Origin: Patescibacteria group bacterium
GTDB lineage: Bacteria; Patescibacteriota; Microgenomatia; UBA12405
Assembly (NCBI GenBank): GCA_023380755.1
Contig: JAMCSD010000003.1
Coordinates: forward strand, 9,341-73,340
Direction of reading: 5' to 3'
DNA length: 64,000 bases
Shown: positions 1 through 9,811 of the stretch, piece by piece
Layout of the letters: each line of letters opens with the position of its first letter
Position numbering within the stretch: the first letter of the stretch is position 1
Notes under the pieces: generated by a model
The model's input: only the letters and a program-made list of their open reading frames with translations
The model's database searches: none
Told to the model about the DNA's origin: nothing
Made by a program: the position numbers and the translations under genes

Positions 1-141
1 ACCAACACTGTCGTCTGATGAGTGCATATCAACGACGATGATTTCATCAGCAAAACCAGCTAATGATTTTAGGCATTTTGTTAAGTTTTCAGATTCGTTT
101 CTAGTGTTAATGACGGCAGAAATAGAAGGTTTAGGCTTCAT
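1..141 (-). CDS. glycosyltransferase family 2, N-terminal fragment (gene continues beyond window start)
   Basis: Reverse complement from the ATG at 141-139 reads MKPKPSISAVINTRNESENLTKCLKSLAGFADEIIVVDMHSSDDSVG. The short leader, hydrophobic strand, N-x-E and acidic VVD..DD motif are typical of GT-A fold GT2 enzymes. It is absent from the ORF track because the window edge truncates it. Confidence 0.6.
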   Translation of the reverse strand, partial: MKPKPSISAVINTRNESENLTKCLKSLAGFADEIIVVDMHSSDDSVG

Positions 142-156
142 ATCTTTTATAGTGTA

Positions 157-1794
157 TCACCGATTAACCTTAAAAATTAGTACGTGGTCTTCATCATAAA
201 CTGAAGTCAGCCCCAACTCTTGAAGATTGGGAGTGAAAGCCTGCAACTGAGAATTAGCAATATAGATGTAATCGATGCGGTTATTGACCAAAAATCCCCT
301 ATCTTGATATGGATTCTGTAATTTGAAGAAGGTAAAAGCAGCATTTCGACGAGAAAGATAGTCGTATCCCGAGATACTTAAGTTCATTTCATCCTCTAAA
401 AAGGAATTTTTAAGACTATAGGCTGAAACATAAGCGGTGGTTTCATAAGCGTAAAGCGGGAGCGGAGTGGAGGAAAATTTATTCCGAAGATAAGGGTCGT
501 AAGGATACGATAAGATATTACTTCCTGGCTGGTGACGAAGAAAGTTGAGGGCTTTTATTTCCGCTGGCGGTAAGGCTGATGGAGAAGGATTACCGAGCGC
601 GGAAGAGATATTCGGAATATTAGCTAAGACGGTCGTGATTAAGATTAGTAACAATAATGACTGATGATGGTTATTTGTTAAGAATAAGCTTAAAAAGATA
701 TTCGCCAAAAACAAAGAATAATAAAGGAATTGGATAGTATTCCATGGGGTACCACGTTGAATAAAGAGTAAAGGAATTAGAGAAAAGATAATTAAACTGA
801 AAAAAAGAATATTAAGAAATTGATCTTTTTTAGGTACAAAAAATAAGCCAAGGAAGCGCCAGCCAAGATTACCTACAATAAATAAAATAATACCGATAAT
901 TTCCAGGATAATAAAACGGATATCAAAATGATTTGAAGATAAAGAAGTATCAATAAAACTAGCAACCTTGGGCAGGTAAAATCTGTCAGGAGAATTAAGC
1001 ATGGAATTTACAAACCAAAGAGGCTTAACTAAAAAAAGATGGACCGATGCCGAGTTGTATATTAAAAATAGCGGAATGGATAAAAGAACGGATATAAGAA
1101 AATATTTAAAAAAACGACGATGGTTTAGGGAGTAAAGAAAGAAGATGAAGAAAATTAATAAGCCGGCATAAGATTTAGTAATTGGTGAGATAACAGCTAA
1201 AAAGGAAAGTATTAAGAGATGTTTTTGAAGTTTTAGTAAATAAAGGAAGAGGAGTAAGATAACCAGGGAAAGGGCGAAGGGAGGGTTTAACTGAGTGGAA
1301 GCGGCCTGCATTGACCAAAATAATGATTCCCCGCCAAGTGAATGAGTTGTAATGAGGGTGTAAATCCAACCAAATGAAGAGGCAGCCACATTAAAAAAGG
1401 CGAGGAGAACGCCGCCTTTAGTTGATTTAGTCAATAATTTGCCAAGATTAAAGCTAAGAATTATAAGCATTGACGAGAGAAATATAGGAGCCAGCTGAAA
1501 GTTAAGAAAGGAGTTACTAAGATGAGTAATTCGACCAAAAAGAGAAATAATAATGTCATATAAAGGATGATAATTGACTAATTTTTCACCACTCATGGCC
1601 GGCTGAGGAATATTAAGAGGATTTTGGATATGGTTAATAAGAGTAAGATGCCAAATACCATCATGGCCAGAAGGACCCCAAAAGCCATAGCCATAAGGAT
1701 AAAGTAAGCCGCTCCGGATTACCGGTATAGATTGGAAAAATATTCCCAATAATAATAAGACGATAAGAAGAAGACGGTTTATTTTCGGAGACAT
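157..1794 (-). CDS. polytopic membrane protein, putative GT-C-type glycosyltransferase or glycan polymerase
   Basis: 545-aa ORF made almost entirely of hydrophobic helices (12 or more by eye). First loop motif is YGYGFWGPSGHDGIWH, and a soluble C-terminal region spans about 130 aa. The start overlaps the stop of the upstream flippase ORF by 16 nt, so the two share an operon. Confidence 0.55.
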   Translation of the reverse strand: MSPKINRLLLIVLLLLGIFFQSIPVIRSGLLYPYGYGFWGPSGHDGIWHLTLINHIQNPLNIPQPAMSGEKLVNYHPLYDIIISLFGRITHLSNSFLNFQLAPIFLSSMLIILSFNLGKLLTKSTKGGVLLAFFNVAASSFGWIYTLITTHSLGGESLFWSMQAASTQLNPPFALSLVILLLFLYLLKLQKHLLILSFLAVISPITKSYAGLLIFFIFFLYSLNHRRFFKYFLISVLLSIPLFLIYNSASVHLFLVKPLWFVNSMLNSPDRFYLPKVASFIDTSLSSNHFDIRFIILEIIGIILFIVGNLGWRFLGLFFVPKKDQFLNILFFSLIIFSLIPLLFIQRGTPWNTIQFLYYSLFLANIFLSLFLTNNHHQSLLLLILITTVLANIPNISSALGNPSPSALPPAEIKALNFLRHQPGSNILSYPYDPYLRNKFSSTPLPLYAYETTAYVSAYSLKNSFLEDEMNLSISGYDYLSRRNAAFTFFKLQNPYQDRGFLVNNRIDYIYIANSQLQAFTPNLQELGLTSVYDEDHVLIFKVNR

Positions 1795-3230
1795 TTTATC
1801 TGATTGAAAAACCAGACGATTTCTTTCTGAGAAAATATTAAGTGGTATGAAGTATAAATAAGGATTGAGATTAGAATTTTACTAACGATGCTTAACAAGG
1901 GATATAAGTGTAAATCACTGATGAAAAATAAAATTATTGTGATTAAGATGGTGCTAATGATGGGATGAATTAGGGTCGCGAAGATATTTAGATGAAAATG
2001 CTTGTAAGCCAAATACCAAACAAATAACGAACTAGAACCAACCAGAAAGGCAGCGACTGAGGTACCGATGTAGCCATAACGGAGACTGAGGATTGGATAG
2101 AAAATCCAAGTAAGGACGGTCCAAACAACCATCATCTTGGTGGTGGTCAATATTTTACCGACAGCATTAAAAGCGTTGGTTAAAGGAGTGGTGACCGCGG
2201 CGATGACAAAAGAGGCAGAAAAAAAGTATAAAGGAACCAATGCTGGTTCCCATTTAGAATATCGGGGGATAAGATGCATTAAGTCCGGAGCTACAAAAGC
2301 AATACCAACAACAGCTGGGAAAACAAAAAAGGAAATAAAATACAAGCTTCTTTCAATTGAACGCCGTAGCAGATGATGATCTTCTTGGAGACGGGCAAAA
2401 GCCGGAAAGGTAACTTTCATGATGGAATCCATGAGTGTTAAAGGCATTCGCGGGCCTTTTTGAGCCCAGGAAATAAGACCAAAACCCTCACGACCGATGA
2501 TGCCAGCAACCATTAGGTTGGAAAGGCGGTCCTTGGCCATGGCAATAAATGTATTTAGTTGAAAAGGAACACCGTAATGGAAGAGTTCTTTGACAGAAAT
2601 GAATGAAAAATTAATTTTCAGAGGCCAGCTTTTGAGGCGGTAGATAATGATTAAGCCAACGGTACTACGGATAAAAGTCGCCACAGCATAGGAATAGGCC
2701 CCAAGACCGAAAAGGGCACAGACAACAGCAATGGTATAAAAAAGAGTGTTTTCGATAATATCAACACTGGAGAGCTCTTTAAAGTTAAGATCTCTTTCAA
2801 GAAGAACGGAAGGAATCGTTTTAAGGGATCCGGCTAAAAAGGCAAAGCAAAGAGAGATAAAGATCCAAGTTTCTTTGGAGCCATAATGACGGGAATGAGC
2901 CAAGGAAGGATAGATAATACCAACAACGATCAAGGAAATGATGACCAGAGTTTGTTGAATGGTGAAGGAAGATTGCAGTTCTTCGTCGGTAGGAACGGAT
3001 TTCTTTTGAATTAATGCCGAAGCTAAACCAATATCCGAAAAATAACTTAATAAAGCAATGGTTTCGGCCACAACAGCAAACAAACCGACATCACTGGGGC
3101 CTAAAAGGATGGTTAAAAAGAAAAATCCGAAGAAAGCTATCCCTTGGATACCTAAATTCCTTAAGGAGAGAAAGATGACACTACTGGTAGATTTTAATTT
3201 AAGATTTTCAATCTCCTCGGTAACGGCCAT
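1779..3230 (-). CDS. Wzx-like oligosaccharide/polysaccharide flippase (MOP/PST family)
   Basis: 483-aa ORF with about 14 hydrophobic helices. The N-terminus (LRNLGIQGIAFFGFFFLTILLGPSDVGLFAVV) and overall architecture resemble polysaccharide biosynthesis (PST) flippases. It is embedded in a glycosyltransferase operon. Confidence 0.65.
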   Translation of the reverse strand: MAVTEEIENLKLKSTSSVIFLSLRNLGIQGIAFFGFFFLTILLGPSDVGLFAVVAETIALLSYFSDIGLASALIQKKSVPTDEELQSSFTIQQTLVIISLIVVGIIYPSLAHSRHYGSKETWIFISLCFAFLAGSLKTIPSVLLERDLNFKELSSVDIIENTLFYTIAVVCALFGLGAYSYAVATFIRSTVGLIIIYRLKSWPLKINFSFISVKELFHYGVPFQLNTFIAMAKDRLSNLMVAGIIGREGFGLISWAQKGPRMPLTLMDSIMKVTFPAFARLQEDHHLLRRSIERSLYFISFFVFPAVVGIAFVAPDLMHLIPRYSKWEPALVPLYFFSASFVIAAVTTPLTNAFNAVGKILTTTKMMVVWTVLTWIFYPILSLRYGYIGTSVAAFLVGSSSLFVWYLAYKHFHLNIFATLIHPIISTILITIILFFISDLHLYPLLSIVSKILISILIYTSYHLIFSQKEIVWFFNQIKCLRK

Positions 3231-4915
3231 AAACGGGTTAAAAAGTAAAAAAAGACAATGATCCAGGCCAAGAAGGAGATAGTGTTGCCGAGGACCCTAA
3301 TAGGAGTATTGTGGAGTTTAAGAGAAACTTGATGAATTCCTGGAGGGAGGGTAATCACCATCCGGCCCAACTCCGGCTCAACGGTGAAGGGAAAATTATT
3401 TTGGTCGACGGTTATTTTAAAGTCAGGGAAATAAAGTTGGGCGATAGTTAAAGTCGCGGTATCTTTGCCGGTGGCAGTAAAAGAAAGCCAGTCGGTACCA
3501 TGTTTGATGTTAGAAATTGTGGCTGAATTAGCAGGAGTGATTTCATCAACAGCCTCTTTGGCTGGACCGCGAGCGGCAATCCGGGCTGTTTTGGGAAGAT
3601 AATCATAGATACTGGCCGTCACCAAATTTACCCAAGAACCTTTAAATTTCTGATCGTCGGTTATAGGACCACTAACCAAAGGGCGAAAATAATTAAGGTT
3701 TAGAGCTATCACCGATAAAATAAGGAGGCTGAACAATAAAGTTTCGTTAAGCTTAATTTTAAGATGACTAAAAAGGTAGCCCAAAGAGGAAACTGAAAGT
3801 GAGGCAAAAAAGACAGTTAAATTAAGGAAACGCCATGGAAATTGGATTTTTTGAATCGGAGTTAACAGGCGCCATAAAAAGCCAGAGCGCTCGTGTGTTA
3901 AAAAGGCCGTAAGAAAGGAAGATAAAACTAAAAATAGTGTTAAATAAAGATAAAAATTATGTTTTCTAGTTTTAAGAAGAGAAAAAATGATTAGACCCAG
4001 AATAAATAACGGCAATAACCAATGCAAATATCCGATCATAAAAGGCATGCCGTCGAGCGGGCCCCAAACAGAGGGTCCATTCCCCCAATAAGGAGTCAGG
4101 AAAAGTTGCTTTAGGGTGGTAAAGTGGGCAATATAGCTATAGTAATTAGAAAACATCGAGTCAATTTGGACCAAACTTGATTCGAAGATAACCGGGAGAG
4201 TGAAGAAAGCAGAGAGAAGTACGGAAAAGATACCGGAAAAAGACAACAAAAGTATTTTTCGGAAGAAATTTTTTTTATATTTGAATAACCAGAACAAAGC
4301 CCAGAGAACGGCGAAGGGAGCAAAAATCATTACCATAGGATTATGGGAGAGGAATATGCCCGCGATAGACAAAGAAAACATGATGACGCTAGATAGATTA
4401 GGTTTTTCGATCAATCTTTTGACAAAATAAAAAACCAAAGGAAAGAAAACAGCGGCCCAGGCTTCATTCATAGCCCCACGAATATAAATGTTAACAGCGT
4501 GATAAGGTGCATAGGCATAAAATACAGCTGCAGTTAAGCCCGGCAAGAAGCCAAAGATAGAAGAGGCCAGTAAATACATGGCGATAGTGGAAAAGAGAAC
4601 CTGAGCGACAGCTGTTAACTTAATTGACCAAAGAAAGGAAACCCCAACCAACCGGAAGGCCTCACCAACAAAGTAGGGTAACGGCGGGTAAAAGTTAAAT
4701 AAGGGATAGCCGTAACCGTATCCCAAATCAGGGACCCAGCGACAAGGAATTTGGCCGTCCTTAAAGCATTTTTCCAGTTCCAGTTGCCGGATCGGCTGCA
4801 TGTCATCGTGCATATTATAATATCCAGGCTGAAGTAAGGCTAAAAACGCCGGAATAGTTAGGACGATAATCAACATCAAGCGTTTAATCATAGGTTTATT
4901 GTACACTAGGTTCAA
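3194..4915 (-). CDS. large polytopic membrane protein, putative GT-C glycosyltransferase
   Basis: 573 aa. After the first TM helix comes a loop with an acidic motif (MHDDMQPIRQLELEKCFKDGQIPCRWVPDLGYGYGYP), then about 12 TM helices and a C-terminal soluble beta-rich region of about 150 aa. It has a 4-nt ATGA-type overlap with the upstream gene. An alternative start is M9 (MIKRLML). Confidence 0.55.
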   Translation of the reverse strand: MNLVYNKPMIKRLMLIIVLTIPAFLALLQPGYYNMHDDMQPIRQLELEKCFKDGQIPCRWVPDLGYGYGYPLFNFYPPLPYFVGEAFRLVGVSFLWSIKLTAVAQVLFSTIAMYLLASSIFGFLPGLTAAVFYAYAPYHAVNIYIRGAMNEAWAAVFFPLVFYFVKRLIEKPNLSSVIMFSLSIAGIFLSHNPMVMIFAPFAVLWALFWLFKYKKNFFRKILLLSFSGIFSVLLSAFFTLPVIFESSLVQIDSMFSNYYSYIAHFTTLKQLFLTPYWGNGPSVWGPLDGMPFMIGYLHWLLPLFILGLIIFSLLKTRKHNFYLYLTLFLVLSSFLTAFLTHERSGFLWRLLTPIQKIQFPWRFLNLTVFFASLSVSSLGYLFSHLKIKLNETLLFSLLILSVIALNLNYFRPLVSGPITDDQKFKGSWVNLVTASIYDYLPKTARIAARGPAKEAVDEITPANSATISNIKHGTDWLSFTATGKDTATLTIAQLYFPDFKITVDQNNFPFTVEPELGRMVITLPPGIHQVSLKLHNTPIRVLGNTISFLAWIIVFFYFLTRLWPLPRRLKILN

Positions 4916-6399
4916 ATGCGAATTAGTAAAAGCTGTGAACCATCCGGTTTGGGATATCTTTGCTGGATATTAACCTGATTTTGGGGAATTAATAACCGGT
5001 TGGTATTGATAACCAGATAAACTTCGTCGCCATGATTTTTAGCATCAAGTAATTTATCGGGAATTTTTGAAAGATTAACACCGACACCAAAGACGGTGAG
5101 ATGAGGAATGCCATTAGTATAGATTTCCAGGCCATCAGGTAAGGTTCCGAAAAAACCTTCGGTACCAACAATTACGTTAGCAGTCTGAGAACGGGTAATA
5201 AGATATGAGGCAATATCATGTATACCCCAGCCGGCAGTCCAATCATCAATGTAACCAGTTTCAGTAGAAGGCAATTTGATTAAAAATGGAGTCAGGGATA
5301 ATTTAAGCAACAAGGATGATCCCAGAATGATCGGAAAGAAAAGGCCTAAGATTTTTAAATAAGGTGAAAGTTTTATTTCTTCAAAAATTAAGGTTAAGAA
5401 AATGAATAAGGGTGGAACCGTGTAGAGAATGTAACGGGCAGTAAAGACCTTGGCAAACATGGCATTAAAAATGAGCGGTGGCAGCCACCAGAGGAAAGAA
5501 ATTAGGAGTAAGAAGTTAGGACGAAATAATTTTTTATAAAAAATTACATGTAGAGCTAGAAGAAATAAAACCATCAATACAAGTCCCGGAAGATAAGTAG
5601 CATAAAGAGTGAAAATGTCGGAAAGATGAGGTTTTAAGGGATCTAGGGGGTGACGGAGTATGTCAGCCAGAGACCAGACATAATCTTGGTTCCGTAAGGC
5701 AATCATGTGAAACTGCGGACCCAGTCGGAGAATGTTGTACATCGAAAAGGCGATACAAAAAGAAACTAACGAGAAAAATAAAGATTGGAAGTTACGTTGC
5801 CGAAATATGACAAAAAAAGTAGACAGGGAAATGAAAATAATAGCCGGTGACTTAGTTAACCAAGCAAAACCCAGGACGGCACCAAGAATGAAGGAAAGAT
5901 CCAATCTAAGATATTTTGCCTGAAGACAGGTAAGATAAAAAGCTAAAACACCAAAAGCAGTTAATAAGTTATCTGCCAAAGCCATGCGATCAAAGAAAAA
6001 GGTAAAAGGAGAAACCGTATAAATGGTTAAAAGAAATATTAAGCTAAGGCGGGATAATTTAAAAAGCCGAGCAATAAAATAAAGGGTAAATAAGGTAACT
6101 AGGCCAGAAGCAACTGAAACAAAACGTCCGGCAAAAAGCGGATCAGAAAAGAGTTTTAAGAAGGGAACTGTGAGCCACATAAAAAGCGGCTGCTTGCCAT
6201 CGGTCAGAGGGATAAAACGCAAGGTTTCAACCGATCGAATAATTTGTGACCAGCGGATATAGATGGCTTCATCAGCGAAAACTGGTAAAGAGATTAGATT
6301 TTGCAGGCGGGTGACCAAATAAACCGCCACAAAGAAAATCAGGATTAGAAGGGAAATTTTATTTGATTTTAAGGTCTTGATAGCCGCCTTTAAGGTCAT
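4912..6399 (-). CDS. ArnT/PMT-like glycosyltransferase (GT39/GT83-type GT-C)
   Basis: 495 aa. The first extracytoplasmic loop carries the acidic DE motif (PVFADEAIYIRWSQII) characteristic of ArnT/PMT enzymes. It has multiple TM helices and a C-terminal soluble domain, and lies directly downstream of a DPM1-like GT2 gene. Confidence 0.65.
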   Translation of the reverse strand: MTLKAAIKTLKSNKISLLILIFFVAVYLVTRLQNLISLPVFADEAIYIRWSQIIRSVETLRFIPLTDGKQPLFMWLTVPFLKLFSDPLFAGRFVSVASGLVTLFTLYFIARLFKLSRLSLIFLLTIYTVSPFTFFFDRMALADNLLTAFGVLAFYLTCLQAKYLRLDLSFILGAVLGFAWLTKSPAIIFISLSTFFVIFRQRNFQSLFFSLVSFCIAFSMYNILRLGPQFHMIALRNQDYVWSLADILRHPLDPLKPHLSDIFTLYATYLPGLVLMVLFLLALHVIFYKKLFRPNFLLLISFLWWLPPLIFNAMFAKVFTARYILYTVPPLFIFLTLIFEEIKLSPYLKILGLFFPIILGSSLLLKLSLTPFLIKLPSTETGYIDDWTAGWGIHDIASYLITRSQTANVIVGTEGFFGTLPDGLEIYTNGIPHLTVFGVGVNLSKIPDKLLDAKNHGDEVYLVINTNRLLIPQNQVNIQQRYPKPDGSQLLLIRI

Positions 6400-7195
6400 T
6401 GATTTTTACTCTAATAACTTCTTGAGCCATTTGCTGAGATTCTTTTTTAAAGCGATCGCTCCCTCCCTTACTGGTACTGGTATCCTCGTTTTTCCATTCC
6501 ACTTCGACCTCTTTGATTTTTAGCCCCAGCTTTTCATACATGTACAATAATTCCACATCATACGAGGACACGCGCCAGCCAGAGTGAACGTTGGTATCTT
6601 TTATAACGGCCAAATGAGGAAACATTTTTTTAACGGTTTCAGTCCGAAAAGCTTTGAAACCACATTGGGTGTCAACAATATCGGAAAGAAGTAGGGAGCG
6701 GCGGAAAACTAAAAAGGCTCGGGACATAATTTTACGGGTAAAAGAAGTATTTTGTCGATGGATTCCACGAGAACCGATAACCGCGTCATATTTTTGCCCA
6801 AAGTAAGGTAAGAGTTTTTCAAGCTGGTTTATAGGAGTCGATTGGTCCATGTCGGTAAACAGGGTAATGGCATAGGCAGCTTTTTGAATACCACCCCACA
6901 AAGCCGAGGGCTTGCCACCATGAGGGAGATCGAGAACCCTAAACCCAGGATGATGGCTGACAAAGTCGTTGATCAGTTTGAGGCTATTGTCGGTGGAATG
7001 GTCATTACAGATGATGACCTCCCAAGGATATGATTGCTCGTGAAGATAGCCAGAAACTTGTTCGAGGACTCCCCTCTTTAGATTATTTTCTTCGTTATAA
7101 CAGGGAATAATAATGCTCAGTCCTTCTTTATTATTTTTTTTCATAGATTCTTTGCCTTTGTTGGACAACAATACCTCCAAACCGTTTTTCCTCAA
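6359..7195 (-). CDS. GT2 polyprenyl-phosphate sugar synthase-like glycosyltransferase (DPM1/ArnC/GtrB type)
   Basis: GT-A signatures are present: LSIIIPCYNEENNL, ICNDHSTDNS and TDMDQS (DxD). The protein is small and soluble. The likely true start is M18 (MKKNNKEGLSIIIP, ATG at 7144), which overlaps the upstream stop by 14 nt. Confidence 0.7.
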   Translation of the reverse strand: MRKNGLEVLLSNKGKESMKKNNKEGLSIIIPCYNEENNLKRGVLEQVSGYLHEQSYPWEVIICNDHSTDNSLKLINDFVSHHPGFRVLDLPHGGKPSALWGGIQKAAYAITLFTDMDQSTPINQLEKLLPYFGQKYDAVIGSRGIHRQNTSFTRKIMSRAFLVFRRSLLLSDIVDTQCGFKAFRTETVKKMFPHLAVIKDTNVHSGWRVSSYDVELLYMYEKLGLKIKEVEVEWKNEDTSTSKGGSDRFKKESQQMAQEVIRVKINDLKGGYQDLKIK

Positions 7196-8633
7196 CTATT
7201 GTGCCAATATTTTGCTGTCTTTGCAACCAAGAAGAAAGATTTTGAGGATTGTTTTGATCTACTTCATAAACGGTAAAAAGCATTGGGACGAGATTGCTTT
7301 TGGCCGGAGTGCACGACTTCTTGGCCGAAAGCCAGGAAAATAGGTATTGGTAAGGATAAGGAATTATTGGTGGAACATAAATGTCGGTATTGTAGTCTTT
7401 CCCTAAAGTTTTCTGACAAATGTATTTTACGGCTAACAGTTCATTACCCAGGCTGACATGGGTAGGACCGTCCGGATTGGCAATTAAATAATTTTTTAGG
7501 TGAACCATATTTAATGAGAGATAAGGGATTAATAAGAGATAGAAGAGCGGCGTAAACGATAAATAGTAATCTAAGACCAGGCCAATCAAGATAATGAAGG
7601 CAGGAAAATAACCAGTTAAATAATAATCATAAAGTTGGCCGTAGTTACCAACAAAGAATAGTAATAAAAATAACGGTAGAAAAAGCCAGATGAAATTAAT
7701 CACAAAGACCTTATTTTTTGGACGTTTAACCAAAAGAAGAATTAACCCGAAAGCCAGAAAAATTAAAAAGAAGAATGAAGCTCGAGTGACATTGGTATCA
7801 ATTTTGGAAAAAAAGATATGGTAATAACTAACTAAACGATTAAGAGCGAAGGTGAGATTGGGAATGGCCCATGTTTGACCAGTGGCGCTATTGACTTTAC
7901 CGGTAAGGAAGCCAATAAAGGTTTTAGTCAAAGGAAAATGGTTTTTAAATTCGAAGAGAAACTGGGGAATTAAAAGGAATAGAAAAGTAGCCAGTGACAA
8001 GATCCAGGTTTTGAGAGGAGTTTTTTTAATGGCTGGAAAGTTAAGAATCGAAATGGTAAGGATAATAGGGATAAAGAAGAATGCCGAGGCCGCTTCTAAC
8101 TGAAAAGAAAGGCCGAGGAGCAGAAATAACCACGGCCATAGTTGAGACCGCTTTTTGAAAATAATAAAAGATAATAGAATCATGATTCCCACTACGAATG
8201 CTGGCAGTGGCGAGGGATTGGAAAACCAACGGGCTGAACGGATAAGATAGTGGGAACTGGCCCATAAAAAGGCAGCAATTAGGGCAGAGCGTCGGGAAAC
8301 AAATGTTTTTAACAAAAAATAAATTAATGGAATGGTGAGACTTTCAATAAAAGCTATAAATAAACTAGCGATGGCGGGTGACCCGCGACCAAGTAAGTAA
8401 CCTGGAGTGATTAGGTAATACCAGAAAGGTCCAAGGTAAAGGCCGTTAATTCCGGTAGTAGGACCAATAGCAGGAAAATGACGAAAAGAGAGAATGTCGG
8501 TCGACATTAAAGCATCTCGGCCCTGGTCATAATAAAAGCCTAACAATTGGTCCTGACGATAACATCGCAGGAAAAGCCCGATTAACCAAAAGATTATTAT
8601 TAGCCAATTTTGGACTAAAAATTTTTTGACCAT
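7131..8633 (-). CDS. GT-C membrane glycosyltransferase (GT39-like), paralog of 9732-11213
   Basis: 500 aa and polytopic. The first-loop motif YYDQGRDALMSTDILSFRHFPAIGPTTGINGLYLGPFWYY aligns with GDQGRDAVIVRSFLTQGHLMGIGPQTSIGNMYLGPWYYY in the ORF at 9732-11213. Confidence 0.6.
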   Translation of the reverse strand: MVKKFLVQNWLIIIFWLIGLFLRCYRQDQLLGFYYDQGRDALMSTDILSFRHFPAIGPTTGINGLYLGPFWYYLITPGYLLGRGSPAIASLFIAFIESLTIPLIYFLLKTFVSRRSALIAAFLWASSHYLIRSARWFSNPSPLPAFVVGIMILLSFIIFKKRSQLWPWLFLLLGLSFQLEAASAFFFIPIILTISILNFPAIKKTPLKTWILSLATFLFLLIPQFLFEFKNHFPLTKTFIGFLTGKVNSATGQTWAIPNLTFALNRLVSYYHIFFSKIDTNVTRASFFFLIFLAFGLILLLVKRPKNKVFVINFIWLFLPLFLLLFFVGNYGQLYDYYLTGYFPAFIILIGLVLDYYLSFTPLFYLLLIPYLSLNMVHLKNYLIANPDGPTHVSLGNELLAVKYICQKTLGKDYNTDIYVPPIIPYPYQYLFSWLSAKKSCTPAKSNLVPMLFTVYEVDQNNPQNLSSWLQRQQNIGTIVEEKRFGGIVVQQRQRIYEKK

Positions 8634-8641
8634 CCTCCACC

Positions 8642-8649
8642 ATTATACT
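8642..8649. promoter_or_regulatory. overlapping divergent -10 hexamers in a 29-bp spacer
   Basis: On the minus strand, TATAAT (complement of 8642-8647) lies 8 nt upstream of the ATG at 8633. On the plus strand, TATACT (8644-8649) lies 13 nt upstream of the ATG at 8663. Confidence 0.4.
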
Positions 8650-8662
8650 AAAATAAGGCAAC

Positions 8663-9811
8663 ATGAAGAAAACAATTATTATTGCCTTTGTCATCGGTTT
8701 ATTATTGCGACTGGTGTTGGCAATTACTACTTACCACTCTGATTTGGGAGCTTTTGCTTTGGCCGGGCATTACATTGTGAATCAGGGAAAAGTTTTCAGT
8801 TTTTATGATATGACGAGACAGGAAAACGAGACGGTTTTTAACTATCAACCTTTGGCCTATTTGTACCCGGCCTTAATCTATTCGCCCTGGGCAAATTTAG
8901 TTAACTCAACTTATAAAGATATTCAGAATAACGAGATAAGCCAGTTAAAGCTGAATACAGTATATTGGCCACTGTTAGTTTATAAGTTGCCAATGATTTT
9001 GGCGGATATGGCCATATTTTTCCTGATACCTTTATTTTTTAGAAAAGAAAAGAATAAACAGCTAGCTCAACTACTATGGTGGTTTAACCCATTAGGGATT
9101 TATGTGGGATCAATGATGGGCCAGGTTGATGTGGTGATGGCCGCTTTATTGGTGACAGGCTATTATTTTTTCCAGAAAAATAAATTAGGTTGGTGTGCTA
9201 TCAGTATTGCCTTGTCAGCTTTATTTAAACCGATCGGCTTAATCTTGTTACCCTTGCTGTGGATCGAAAAGAAAGATTTAAAGGCGACAATTGTCGGATA
9301 TTTGGTCTATCTTTTGGGAATTATACCCTATTTAGGTTCGGTTTCTTACCGCTACTACGCCTTAGCAGCCGAACAAATTAGCAAAACAACCTATGCCGGA
9401 ATAGCCATCGCGTCAGGAACAGTGATCCCTTGGTTTTTTATCATGCTGGCAATTGCGGCTGTGGCTTTGTGGCACAAAAAAATTTCCTTCTTAGAGGCCA
9501 TGACGGCGATGATACTATCTAGCTTGGCCTTTAGTCATTTTCATCCGCAATGGCTAGTGTGGATTACTCCCCTCCTCTTAATTTGGGTAATAAAGCAAAA
9601 GCAGTTGGTTTATTGGCCAATGATGATTTTTTGTTGGCTACTTGTTTTGCTTTCTTTTGATCCGACACTCCATTCGCAAATCTTTTTGGCTTCCCATTGG
9701 AATCTGCTCTTACCCAAACAGGCTGATAATGTTATTTTGTTGGGGAGGGCGGGGTTGGTGGTGTTGGTGTTGGTGCTGCTAAGGTTTTGGGGACCAAGCG
9801 AAAGATCGTAA
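8663..9811 (+). CDS. polytopic membrane protein, putative GT-C mannosyltransferase-like (DUF2029/GT87-like, weak)
   Basis: 382 aa with about 11 hydrophobic helices and no soluble domain. It is the only plus-strand gene inside the glycosylation cluster. Its 3' end overlaps the convergent ORF at 9732-11213 by 80 nt. Confidence 0.5.
   Translation: MKKTIIIAFVIGLLLRLVLAITTYHSDLGAFALAGHYIVNQGKVFSFYDMTRQENETVFNYQPLAYLYPALIYSPWANLVNSTYKDIQNNEISQLKLNTVYWPLLVYKLPMILADMAIFFLIPLFFRKEKNKQLAQLLWWFNPLGIYVGSMMGQVDVVMAALLVTGYYFFQKNKLGWCAISIALSALFKPIGLILLPLLWIEKKDLKATIVGYLVYLLGIIPYLGSVSYRYYALAAEQISKTTYAGIAIASGTVIPWFFIMLAIAAVALWHKKISFLEAMTAMILSSLAFSHFHPQWLVWITPLLLIWVIKQKQLVYWPMMIFCWLLVLLSFDPTLHSQIFLASHWNLLLPKQADNVILLGRAGLVVLVLVLLRFWGPSERS

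Noticed and set aside
9755-9795. GT-rich (GGTGTT/GGTGGT) tract considered as a microsatellite or CRISPR-like repeat
   Set aside because: It is a single short imperfect tract with no spacers. It is fully explained as coding sequence: a Pro/Thr-rich tail on one strand and a Leu/Val-rich TM helix on the other.
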